Shown here piece by piece: positions 53,427 to 62,043 of a stretch of 64,000 nucleotides of DNA (the first letter of the stretch is position 1; each line of letters starts with the position of its first letter). A model generated the notes under the pieces. That model searched no databases. It was not told where the DNA came from and saw only the letters and a program-made list of their open reading frames with translations. Made by a program: the position numbers and the translations under genes. The DNA is from a virus: positions 95,747-159,746 of the IMG/VR virus record IMGVR_UViG_3300044691_000566; one strand, written 5' to 3'.

Positions 53427-53532
53427 TAGAGTCAGGACTACATGGTGCGGCTTGGCCTGGTGAGGCGTGGCTAGGCAGGGCAAGGCATGGGTATGGACAG
53501 TGGCTCTCCTCCGGATGGGGGAGAGCCACTGT
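53424..53532 (+). ncRNA. dispersed GGY/NN repeat RNA unit H
   Basis: TGATAGAGTCA; NN = AT GC TT CT GA GT TA AG AA AT; hairpin ACAGTGGCTCTCC...GGAGAGCCACTGT. Confidence 0.7.
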
Positions 53533-53545
53533 TGCGTTTTGGGGG

Positions 53546-53574
53546 TAGAAATACTCCAAGGATTCTTGTAGCAT
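53546..53574 (+). promoter_or_regulatory. promoter with operator ACTCCAAGGATTCTTG
   Basis: TAGAAA-N17-TAGCAT containing the third operator copy. Confidence 0.55.
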
Positions 53575-53614
53575 GGCGTCTAACGCCAGAGATCGTTACC
53601 ACCAGGAGGCACCG

Positions 53615-54358
53615 ATGACCACCACTGCTCTCGTCCCCGTCAGCCGGACCATGCGGACCAAGCTGAGCGACGCCCCGATCGAGGACCTCGCCCAGGAGCT
53701 GCTCGGCGGCATACCGCAGGACGACGCGCCGACGGAATTCCCGGAGGTGCCGACGCCCCTCACCGCGTCCAAGGAGATCCGCGACGCCCTGAAGGTTCTG
53801 TCGGCCAACTTCAACCGGGTGACCCCGGAGGGGCGCCGGAGCTGGACCGACGATGAGACCACTGCCCTCGGCACCGAGCTGTCCGCGATCCAGCAGGTGG
53901 CCAAGCTGATCACCGCCCGCGAGAAGCAGATCAAAGAGCTGGCCCGGATCCACCAGGACGTCGAGGCAGAGGAGCAGGGCCGGGCGTTCCCCAAGGACGT
54001 CTACCTCAACGGCAACCTGGTGGCCTCGGCGACCCCCCGGGACGCCAACGGGCACTACATTCTGGCGGCCCCTGAGGTCTCGCAGGACACCCCGGTCCCC
54101 GGCACGACTTTGCGGTTTTCGAACCAGTTCGTGACCGGCAAGATCACCCGCGACCTGGGGGCGATCGACCGGGCGTTCGCGGCCGGGGAGATCGACGAGA
54201 GGACCTACAAGGCGTGCACCGTCGTCAAGCGGGTGCCGGACCCGGACCGGATCCGCACGTACGTCCTGCGCTCCGGGGACGCCAGCCTGCTGGCGCGGAT
54301 CGTCAAGCGGGGACGGAACTCCTGCTCGATGTACCTGCGCCCGCTGAAGAAGAACTAA
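53615..54358 (+). CDS. hypothetical protein
   Basis: RBS AGGAGG; typical codon usage. Confidence 0.7.
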   Translation: MTTTALVPVSRTMRTKLSDAPIEDLAQELLGGIPQDDAPTEFPEVPTPLTASKEIRDALKVLSANFNRVTPEGRRSWTDDETTALGTELSAIQQVAKLITAREKQIKELARIHQDVEAEEQGRAFPKDVYLNGNLVASATPRDANGHYILAAPEVSQDTPVPGTTLRFSNQFVTGKITRDLGAIDRAFAAGEIDERTYKACTVVKRVPDPDRIRTYVLRSGDASLLARIVKRGRNSCSMYLRPLKKN

Positions 54359-54428
54359 TCGACCGCACAGGAGCCGGGGGAGCCCACCATGGGCTGCCCC
54401 GGCTCCCGCACGTAGGAGGAGCACAGTC

Positions 54429-54887
54429 ATGACGGACACCGGCAACGGCGGACCGCAGGTGACGTTCACCCTGGACAAGATCGAGTCTTTCGGGCTCCGG
54501 CCACAGAAGGATCCCCGGTACGGGATGAGTTTCTACTTGTGGGACCACATGTTCCCCCGGGACGGATCCGGAATGTTGCGCCCCGTCTACACGGTGCAGG
54601 AGACGGCCAGGCTCTTTTTCGGCAAGGGGTCGGACTGGCTCCGCTGGCGGTACCGGGAGGCCCCGCATTACCCCCACGGCTACTTCGTGCTGCGGGGCAT
54701 CCAACTGGAGCCCAAGCGCACGGAGAAAGACAACCGGTACTACACCCTGGCCGACATCGAGCGCATGGCGTACGCGCTGGTCGAGAACAACGCCATCGAC
54801 GGCGACCACCTCTCGGTGATTCTTCAGATCGTGCTGCTGGAAGCGCGGCTCTACCACATCATCGGCGAGCCCTTGAGGGAGAACTAA
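54429..54887 (+). CDS. MerR-like HTH DNA-binding protein
   Basis: YTVQETARLFFGKGSDWLRW...NRYYTLADIE. Confidence 0.7.
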   Translation: MTDTGNGGPQVTFTLDKIESFGLRPQKDPRYGMSFYLWDHMFPRDGSGMLRPVYTVQETARLFFGKGSDWLRWRYREAPHYPHGYFVLRGIQLEPKRTEKDNRYYTLADIERMAYALVENNAIDGDHLSVILQIVLLEARLYHIIGEPLREN

Positions 54888-55886
54888 GTGGTTGAGAAAT
54901 ACAACAAGCCGGAGCGCAGCCCGGACGCGGAGACCTATGTCGCCAAGGCCGTGGGGGACAACGACCCGAAGAAGATCATCCTGGCGGGCGACACCCACGG
55001 GGACGCCAACCACGTGAAGACCCTGCTGGAGAAGGCCCGGGACATCGAGGCCGACGCGGTCTTCGTCCTCGGCGACTTCGGCATCTGGGACCACCTGGAC
55101 GGCGGGAAGTTCACCGACCAGGTCTCCGTGTTCGCCAACCGGTACGGGATCCCGGTGCTGTTCCTGCCGGGCAACCACGACAACTACGACCTGCTGTTCG
55201 AGTGGGAGGCCACCTACCCGAAGACGGCCGACGGTTTCCTGGAGGTCAAGCCGGGCCTGTTCTACTCGCCCCGGGGCCACCGTTGGACCTGGAACGGCGT
55301 GAAGTTCCTGTCCCTGGGCGGCGCGTACTCGGTGGACAAGGAGTGGCGGGTCCACGATGACGAGGCCAACGTGCGTCGGGCCGAAATGCGACACGACCGG
55401 AACATGATGCTGACGCCCAAGGAGCGTTACTTGCTGCGGGTCGGCCAGTGGTCCTGGTGGTCCCAGGAGGAGATCTCCGAGCAGGAAATGCGGGACGCCA
55501 TGAAGGGCGGCCCGGTGGACGTCATGCTCGCCCACGACAAGCCGCGCGACGCCGTGCCGGGCTGGAACCGCAAGGACCTGACGGAGTGCTGGCCCAACCA
55601 GGAGAGGCTCCAGGCCGTAGTGGCCGCCACGCTGCCCCGGCTGTACGTCCACGGGCACCTGCACTACGCGTACGAGACGACCCTCCCCCGGACCGAGACG
55701 TTCGTGAAGGGCCTGGACTGCGACCCGTCGGCGTCCAAGTCCTCGGGCGGCTCCGGTAAGGCGAACCAGTCGTGGGCCGTCCTGAGCATTCAGGACCACG
55801 ACTACAAGCTGGACTGGCGGGGCAAGGACGGCAGCAGCCATATCGGCAAGGACTTCATCCCGGACCGCGTGGAGCAGGGATCATGA
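54888..55886 (+). CDS. calcineurin-like metallophosphoesterase
   Basis: GDTHG, LGDFG, PGNHD, LAHD, VHGHLH. Confidence 0.9.
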   Translation: MVEKYNKPERSPDAETYVAKAVGDNDPKKIILAGDTHGDANHVKTLLEKARDIEADAVFVLGDFGIWDHLDGGKFTDQVSVFANRYGIPVLFLPGNHDNYDLLFEWEATYPKTADGFLEVKPGLFYSPRGHRWTWNGVKFLSLGGAYSVDKEWRVHDDEANVRRAEMRHDRNMMLTPKERYLLRVGQWSWWSQEEISEQEMRDAMKGGPVDVMLAHDKPRDAVPGWNRKDLTECWPNQERLQAVVAATLPRLYVHGHLHYAYETTLPRTETFVKGLDCDPSASKSSGGSGKANQSWAVLSIQDHDYKLDWRGKDGSSHIGKDFIPDRVEQGS

Positions 55887-56296
55887 CCCTCTCCCTCGCG
55901 AATCGGACCAAGCTCCTGGGCCGGGGCATCCTCATCTGTATCAAGTGCGAGGAGCCCAAGAAGGTCGAAGAGTTCGCGCCACAGCGCAGTGGTCCTGGTG
56001 GGTACCGACCCCGTTGCAAGGTGTGCATGGTCGAGGACCAGTTGAAGTACAACCTGAAGTACCTCTACAACGTCTCGCTGGAAGAGTTCCGGGAGATGGA
56101 GCAGCGCCAGGGTGGTCGTTGCGCGCTCTGCGAGAATCCCCCGGAGCCCAAGGAGGATCGGCTGGGCGTTTTCCTGAACCGGAAGACGAAGGCGTTCCAG
56201 GCGCTTCTGTGTGTGAACTGTGTCCAGGCTCTGGGGAAGTTCGGTCATGACCCGGAGCAACTGCGGGTAGCTGCTCGCTTCCTGGAGTCGGGATGA
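55883..56296 (+). CDS. endonuclease VII-like protein, possibly inactive
   Basis: CIKC...CKVC, YNVSLEEF..M...QGGRCALC...ALLCVNC; the usual VDH.H motif is replaced by VFLNR. Confidence 0.7.
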   Translation: MTLSLANRTKLLGRGILICIKCEEPKKVEEFAPQRSGPGGYRPRCKVCMVEDQLKYNLKYLYNVSLEEFREMEQRQGGRCALCENPPEPKEDRLGVFLNRKTKAFQALLCVNCVQALGKFGHDPEQLRVAARFLESG

Positions 56297-57186
56297 TCTT
56301 GCTGGTCGACGCCAACAACCTCTTCATGAGGGCCTGGTTCGCCACCCAGCACGAGGCGATGACGGCCGACGGGGAGTCGACGGCGGCCATGGTGGTCTTC
56401 GTCAACACCCTGACCCGGCACCTGCGTGAGGAGCGGCCGGAGCGGGTGGTGGTGTGCTGGGACGGCGGGGGATCGGACTACCGGCTCCGGCTCTCGCCGT
56501 CCTACAAGGCCAACCGACGGGAGAAGGCCGAGGACTCCCGGGCCTCCCGCGAGCGCAGGACGATCAAGGAGTTCCTTTCCCTGGCCAACATCTTCCACGT
56601 GGAGCGGCCCGGGGTGGAGGCGGACGACCTGATCGCCAAGTACTGGCACGACGCCGACGAGGACGTGGTGGTCGTCTCGGAGGACAAGGACTTCCTGATG
56701 TTGGCGGGACCGACACCTCGTGGGTCTCTTGTGGAGGACGGGGTTTGCAAGATTCTCCGGTCCACCGGAGAGCGATGGGACGAGGCTGACGTTCATCGCA
56801 AGATGGGGGCCCCGCCGCAGCATCTGCCGTCCGTCATGGCCCTTACGGGCGACACCTCGGACAACGTCATCGGGGTGCCCGGGATAGGGCCTGTGCGGGC
56901 CGTACAGCTCCTGGAGGAGGCCGGGTGGTACCTGCGGGCCATCGAGGACCCCAGGGTCCGGGAGATGCTCCCTCAGGTCCTCACCAACCGGGTCCTGGTC
57001 AACCTCCGACTGCCGCTCCCGGGCCTGGAGTTGGCCGCTCCGCCGTACTTCGCGCCGACCCGCAGCCACTCGGCCCTGTACCCGGAACTTCTGGCCTTCC
57101 TGGACCGCTATCAGTTGAAGGGGTTGACGGCAAGGCTGCTCACGACCACGCTCTGGGACGATGGCTCACGGACTGTCGATGGGTAG
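56293..57186 (+). CDS. 5'-3' exonuclease (PolI N-terminal/FEN family)
   Basis: LVDANNL, YKANR, EADDLI, SEDKDF, LTGDTSDNVIGVPGIGP. Confidence 0.9.
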   Translation: MILLVDANNLFMRAWFATQHEAMTADGESTAAMVVFVNTLTRHLREERPERVVVCWDGGGSDYRLRLSPSYKANRREKAEDSRASRERRTIKEFLSLANIFHVERPGVEADDLIAKYWHDADEDVVVVSEDKDFLMLAGPTPRGSLVEDGVCKILRSTGERWDEADVHRKMGAPPQHLPSVMALTGDTSDNVIGVPGIGPVRAVQLLEEAGWYLRAIEDPRVREMLPQVLTNRVLVNLRLPLPGLELAAPPYFAPTRSHSALYPELLAFLDRYQLKGLTARLLTTTLWDDGSRTVDG

Positions 57187-57438
57187 CGTTTCAGGTGGTC
57201 AGGGCATGTCGGAGCGTCCGGCCACTTGATACGATCCGGGGGGTCTCCACCCCCTCCGGTCCGCCAGACGAGAGGCGCAGACATAATGCGCCCCGCCCCG
57301 CCTGATTCGACCTCAGGACGGGGCGGGATTTTAAAACTTGAGGGGGTTTCAGTGAGAGTCGGTTCAAACGTCCACGAGCTGGTCACGGACGGTCCGGGGA
57401 AACTCCGGGAGTCACGCAAGAGGACCACCGGGTCGGCC

Positions 57439-57771
57439 ATGTCGGACAAACAGGTGGCCCGAGCGGCCGTGAACGGCCAGATGATCGTCTTCCGTACGGG
57501 GCTCTTCGTCCCGGTGGAGGGCTACATCATCGTGGAGGGCTACGTCGTCGGGATGGACGATTACCACTGGCTCGTGGCGACTCCGAGCGATGACCGGCTC
57601 CCGGTCCAGACGGTCCTGGTACACAAGACCTGTCCCCTGGTGACGTTCATAGATCAGCACCTGGCGGACGAGACCGAGGACGACCGCAAGAAGATCCAGA
57701 CGATCGGCAACGCGTTCTGGGATTACTGCGTCACCACCGGACTGACCCGGTCCGTCCCTGCCACCGCTTAG
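57439..57771 (+). CDS. hypothetical protein (Sm/SH3-like)
   Basis: VEGYVVGMDDYHWLV; RBS GAGG. Confidence 0.6.
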   Translation: MSDKQVARAAVNGQMIVFRTGLFVPVEGYIIVEGYVVGMDDYHWLVATPSDDRLPVQTVLVHKTCPLVTFIDQHLADETEDDRKKIQTIGNAFWDYCVTTGLTRSVPATA

Positions 57772-57782
57772 GAGCGCAAACC

Positions 57783-58184
57783 GTGATCGATTTCGACGCC
57801 ATCCGCCGGGCCGCCGCCGGGGAACAGCCGGTGGTGAAAACGACCCCCGCCGCTCCGGTCGTCCAGGAGACCGTCCGCCTCACCCCGGTGGCCGGGGCCG
57901 CCTATCTGATGAAGCCCGACGGGTCCTGGTCCTGGGAGGACCTGAGGGACTACGCCGTGGGGCAGATCGTCATGTACCACGGACCCCAGGTCCGCAACTC
58001 CGTCAAGGAGGCGGCGATCTTCAAGGGGTTCCTGGCCCGGTACGGCGCCAAGGCCGTCCCCATCGCCCGCTTCGCCTTCGAGCAGCAGCGCGGCATGTGG
58101 CAGCGGGCCCCGATCTCGGTGACCCGCTTCGCCAAGGGGTCGGACCCGTACTTCGCCGACATCATCGCCAAGCGCCTGCCGTAG
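57783..58184 (+). CDS. hypothetical replication-operon protein
   Basis: RBS AGGAG; upstream of the DnaC-like gene. Confidence 0.7.
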   Translation: MIDFDAIRRAAAGEQPVVKTTPAAPVVQETVRLTPVAGAAYLMKPDGSWSWEDLRDYAVGQIVMYHGPQVRNSVKEAAIFKGFLARYGAKAVPIARFAFEQQRGMWQRAPISVTRFAKGSDPYFADIIAKRLP

Positions 58185-58236
58185 TTGTTCCACGGTCCGA
58201 CCCGCCACGGACCTAAAGAGATCTCTGAGGAGCTCA

Positions 58237-59085
58237 ATGCCTCGCTTGCCCGATTTCAGTCCCCAGTGGGTGCTGGAAGACCCTGATTCGCAGCGCCTGA
58301 AAGCTCAGCACAAGAAGTTGTGGGCCGACCCCCGAACGTCCTGTATCACCTGCCATTTCGAGCGCAGGGCGGACGGGTCGCGGACGTTCCGGTGGTGGAA
58401 CAAGTCGCGTACGGACATTGTGGAGTGGCAGTGCAACTGCACTGCCCAGTGGGTCATGTACCGCTACATGCTCAGCAACGGCATCGGCAAGAACTACCAG
58501 CGGCTTTCCTGGGACGACGCCTCCGACGTACCCAGGGACACCCAGCTCCAGGTGATGACCTACCTGGACAGCTCCGACGCCTACACCGAGCGCGGCATAA
58601 ACCTGATCCTGAACTCGCCCGACGCGGGCACCGGCAAAACCCTGATGTTCATGCTGGGCGCCAAAGGATTGATGCTCCGTCACCACGACGTGTTCGTGGC
58701 CCAGATGAACGACATCGTGGAGATGTACACCTCCGGCTGGCGGGACAAGGCCGCCCAGGACTACTTCGAGTACCGGATCATGAACTGCGGGGTCCTGTGC
58801 ATCGACGACCTCGGCAAAGAATCCGGCGAGAAGGGGATCGACTTCATCGACAAGCTGCTGGACCGCGTCTTCCGCCACCGGGTGGGCGCCGCCGCATCCA
58901 CGTGGGTGACCACCAACCGCACGCGCGAGCAGCTTGAGACGGGCTACGGCAAGTACGTGGCCTCCCTCCTGACGGAGTCGTGCATCCTCGTGGAGACCTC
59001 CGGTCGGGACTGGCGCCCCAGGGCCATGCTCCGCACCCAGGACGAGATCTCGCGGGGCCTGGTCCGGCCCCTGGTGATGCAGTGA
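58237..59085 (+). CDS. DnaC-like helicase loader (AAA+)
   Basis: AGTGKT, LCIDDLGKE, WVTTN; N-terminal Zn motif. Confidence 0.85.
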   Translation: MPRLPDFSPQWVLEDPDSQRLKAQHKKLWADPRTSCITCHFERRADGSRTFRWWNKSRTDIVEWQCNCTAQWVMYRYMLSNGIGKNYQRLSWDDASDVPRDTQLQVMTYLDSSDAYTERGINLILNSPDAGTGKTLMFMLGAKGLMLRHHDVFVAQMNDIVEMYTSGWRDKAAQDYFEYRIMNCGVLCIDDLGKESGEKGIDFIDKLLDRVFRHRVGAAASTWVTTNRTREQLETGYGKYVASLLTESCILVETSGRDWRPRAMLRTQDEISRGLVRPLVMQ

Positions 59086-60386
59086 CCACGTCCCGCTCCG
59101 AGGACACCCTCTACTCCTCCCTGACCGATGTGGACGCCCTGGAGCGGATCTTCCAGATCGGACTGAACCTCAAGGCCGTTCCCACCATCGAGATGCGGCC
59201 GGTCGTCCAGTGGGCGATCGACTACTTCGAGCGCTCCGGACAGGCCAAGGCCCCGTCCCGGGAGGCCCTGATGGAGACCTGGGGCCAGGCGATCGAGGAC
59301 GCCGAGGTGGAGATCGCCGAGGACGACGTCGAACTGGACCAGGTCGAGTGGGCCATCGACGCCCTGCACGCCCGCTACGTCGACTACATGTTCCAGAAGT
59401 GGAACAAGGAGTCCGCCATCGCCATGTCGGCGTCTTCGACCATGGATCGGCTCAACGTACTGGAGATGCAGGTCCAGGAGCTGAACGCGCTGCTGCTGTC
59501 CCTGCGGGACAAGACCCTGGAGGTCGAGGGGGTCGACGGTTTCCAGCGCTCCCTGACGGAGTACCACCACCGTGCGGAGACCGCCCAGACCCACCGGGGG
59601 CTGGCGTTCGGCATCCCCGAGATCGACGCGTACACCTACGGCATCCACGAGGGCGAGCTGGCCGTCCTGGCCGCCGGGCCCAAGGTGGGCAAGAGCGTCG
59701 CGCTTGCGTACGTCCTGGACAAGGAGTGGAAGCAGGGGCGCCTGGCCACCTACTACACGCTGGAAAATTCGGTCCGCATGTCCTACGACCGGCTGGTGTG
59801 CATCCGCCTGGGTGTCGACCACGACCGGTACCGGATCGGCGAGTGCATGCCGGAAGAGGTCGACCGCGTCCAGACCTTCATCCACGAGCACGGCGAAGAG
59901 CTGAGAAACCTCATCCGGATCGTCCAGCCCCAGCGCGGCAACCGCACCGTGCAGTGGATCACGCGCCATGCCCGCAGCATCGGTACCCAGTCCCTGCTGA
60001 TCGACCAGCTCACGTTCATGGAGCCCTCCCACCGTTCCCTGAGAGGCCCCGACAAGATCACCGACGTCATGCACGACCTGAAGGACGCCATCGGCGGCCG
60101 GGCCCCGATGTCCGCCCTCCTCGCCCACCAGATTAACCGCGAGGGCATGAAGGAGGCCAAGAAGAACGGGATGCTGGAGATGTGGATGCTCGCCGAGGGC
60201 AGCGAGGTGGAGCGCACGGCGGACTGGGTCTTCAGCCTCTACGCCTCTGCGGATGAACGCCGGGCCCAGATGGCCAAATGGCAGACGCTGGCCACCCGCC
60301 GGGGATCCCGGAACCTCAACGTCCGTCTGGCGTGGCGCCCCTGGCTGAACCAGGTCGAGTTCCTGGACGAGATCGGAGAGGTATGA
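59082..60386 (+). CDS. dnaB: DnaB-like replicative helicase
   Basis: AGPKVGKS, TLEN, LLIDQL, HQINR, SEVERTAD. Confidence 0.85.
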   Translation: MTTSRSEDTLYSSLTDVDALERIFQIGLNLKAVPTIEMRPVVQWAIDYFERSGQAKAPSREALMETWGQAIEDAEVEIAEDDVELDQVEWAIDALHARYVDYMFQKWNKESAIAMSASSTMDRLNVLEMQVQELNALLLSLRDKTLEVEGVDGFQRSLTEYHHRAETAQTHRGLAFGIPEIDAYTYGIHEGELAVLAAGPKVGKSVALAYVLDKEWKQGRLATYYTLENSVRMSYDRLVCIRLGVDHDRYRIGECMPEEVDRVQTFIHEHGEELRNLIRIVQPQRGNRTVQWITRHARSIGTQSLLIDQLTFMEPSHRSLRGPDKITDVMHDLKDAIGGRAPMSALLAHQINREGMKEAKKNGMLEMWMLAEGSEVERTADWVFSLYASADERRAQMAKWQTLATRRGSRNLNVRLAWRPWLNQVEFLDEIGEV

Positions 60387-60691
60387 GCAACGTGGACGAG
60401 CCCGAAGAGCCGGGTGACGGCGGGGCCCTCCAGTTCGGGCTGCGGCCCTTCCAGCACGAATCCATGTGCCCCAAGTGCGGCTCCACCGGCATCCGGGCCG
60501 TCTACCATCCCTGCGTCGTGCTGACTCTCGGCGACGGGCAGTTCCCCTGCGCGTCCTGGATGCTGTCGGGGATTCTGACCCCGGAGGTCAGCCAGCACCT
60601 GTGCCTGCGGTGTGCGCGCTGCGGCTACGGCTGGCCGACCAAGACCGCCGACGTGGCCCCCGTGGAGGGTCTGGAGGAGGATCTGGGATGA
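60383..60691 (+). CDS. zinc-ribbon protein
   Basis: CPKCGS...HLCLRCARCGYGW. Confidence 0.7.
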   Translation: MSNVDEPEEPGDGGALQFGLRPFQHESMCPKCGSTGIRAVYHPCVVLTLGDGQFPCASWMLSGILTPEVSQHLCLRCARCGYGWPTKTADVAPVEGLEEDLG

Positions 60692-61821
60692 GCTTCTTCG
60701 AGGCGGCAATGCTTCCCGATGCCAGCAAGCTGGCCCTGTGCCAGGAGCTGCTGGCGGAGTTCGGGGCCAACGTGCAGCGGATCAACGACCGGTCCGGTGA
60801 GATGATCCACGGCTGTCTGGTCTCACCGGGCCTGCACAGGGACCAGGACACCAACCCCACCGCGTCGCTGAACTACCAGAAGCTGACGTACAACTGCCTC
60901 GGTTGTGGATCTTCAGGAGGTCTCCTGTGGTTCATCGCCACCTGCCGGGGAGAGTCCTCGCTGGAGGCGCGGCGGTGGCTGGAAAGGGTGGCGGGGCTCG
61001 GCGGCCAGGTCATGGAGCTGGATGCCCTGCTGCGGTTCCTGGACGCCGTCTACGCCCGTCCGGCGGCCACCCCCATCCCGACGTACTCCGAGAAGCTCCT
61101 GGGCGCCTGGGCGTACAGCCACCCCTATCTGCTGGAGGACCGGGGGATCTCCGAGGAGATGTACCAGCGGTTCCGGCTGGGGTGGGACCCTACGACCGAT
61201 CGGGTGGTCCTCCCGCATTTCTGGCGGGGCAAGCTGGTCGGCTGGCAGACTCGCAAGCTGCCCTTCGAGTGGCGCTCGATGTCGGTCGGCGACGACTCTC
61301 CCCTGATCCACTCGGGGATGGCCAACGCGCCGAAGTACCACTCCAGTCCGGACTTCCCCAAAGACTCCACGATTTTCAACTACCAGCCGGGAGCGTCAAC
61401 TGTCGTCATGGAGGCCGCGCTCTCGGCGATGACCCACGAACCCGTCTTCCACTGCGAGGCCGTCTTCGGGGCGACGGTCACGGACCTTCAGATCCGGCGC
61501 CTGGTCAAGCACGACGAGGTCATTCTGTGGATGGACAACGACCGGGCCGGGTGGGATGCGGTGCTGGGACACCCGGAGGAGAAGCCGACCAAGGAGAAGC
61601 CCGAGGGCAAGGAGCGCGTCCCGGGCATGGCCGAACTCCTCTCTGCCTACACCGGGGTTCGGGTGGTGGACTCCCCGTGGCAGCAGGACCCGCAGGCCCT
61701 CCCGACCGACGCGGCAGCGGAGTTGAAAGACGCGGCGGTCCCCTGGAGTATCTGGAGACCCCCCAAGCAGCTCTACTGTTTCGAGTGCAAAGGTCGGGCC
61801 CATTCCGGACCTTGCCCCTAG
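60688..61821 (+). CDS. DNA primase (Zn-binding plus TOPRIM domains)
   Basis: H.DQDTNPTA...YNCLGCG, DRGI, LVGWQTR, KY, VVME, WMDNDRAG. Confidence 0.85.
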   Translation: MSFFEAAMLPDASKLALCQELLAEFGANVQRINDRSGEMIHGCLVSPGLHRDQDTNPTASLNYQKLTYNCLGCGSSGGLLWFIATCRGESSLEARRWLERVAGLGGQVMELDALLRFLDAVYARPAATPIPTYSEKLLGAWAYSHPYLLEDRGISEEMYQRFRLGWDPTTDRVVLPHFWRGKLVGWQTRKLPFEWRSMSVGDDSPLIHSGMANAPKYHSSPDFPKDSTIFNYQPGASTVVMEAALSAMTHEPVFHCEAVFGATVTDLQIRRLVKHDEVILWMDNDRAGWDAVLGHPEEKPTKEKPEGKERVPGMAELLSAYTGVRVVDSPWQQDPQALPTDAAAELKDAAVPWSIWRPPKQLYCFECKGRAHSGPCP

Positions 61822-61825
61822 CTGG

Positions 61826-61863
61826 TGCAGAGTTAGTTACACCCAGGAGTAACTAACTCTGCA
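61826..61863. repeat. perfect 15-bp AT-rich inverted repeat
   Basis: TGCAGAGTTAGTTAC-N8-GTAACTAACTCTGCA. Confidence 0.8.
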
Positions 61864-61890
61864 AGATCAAATCCAGAGGTCGGAGGACCT

Positions 61891-62043
61891 ATGAGGAAGT
61901 ACGGCAGCGCCAACCCCATGGAGCTGGACGACGACGGCAATCCGGTGCCGCTCCGGCGTACGGCTTCGCGTCCCTTGACGTCGGATGACGTCTCCGACAT
62001 CGAGTACGAGGACGGTCCGGCCGTCCAGGAGCCGGAGGAGTAA
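61891..62043 (+). CDS. small acidic protein (50 aa, absent from the ORF track)
   Basis: RBS GGAGG; MRKYGSANPMELDDDG...QEPEE. Confidence 0.6.
   Translation: MRKYGSANPMELDDDGNPVPLRRTASRPLTSDDVSDIEYEDGPAVQEPEE

Noticed and set aside
53420-53438. Leader as a Cas6-type RNA processing hairpin (GTCCTGAT-AGA-GTCAGGAC)
   Set aside because: The stem extends in only some copies, whereas the exact -35/N17 compensation favours a promoter. Kept only as a minor alternative.
17975-58975. Other apparent self-matches of decoded guides (KIRYEL at ~17975, RSYL at ~43595, ILTEG at ~46853, KYVASL at ~58951)
   Set aside because: Only 4-5 residues agree and the orientation is inconsistent, which is expected by chance.
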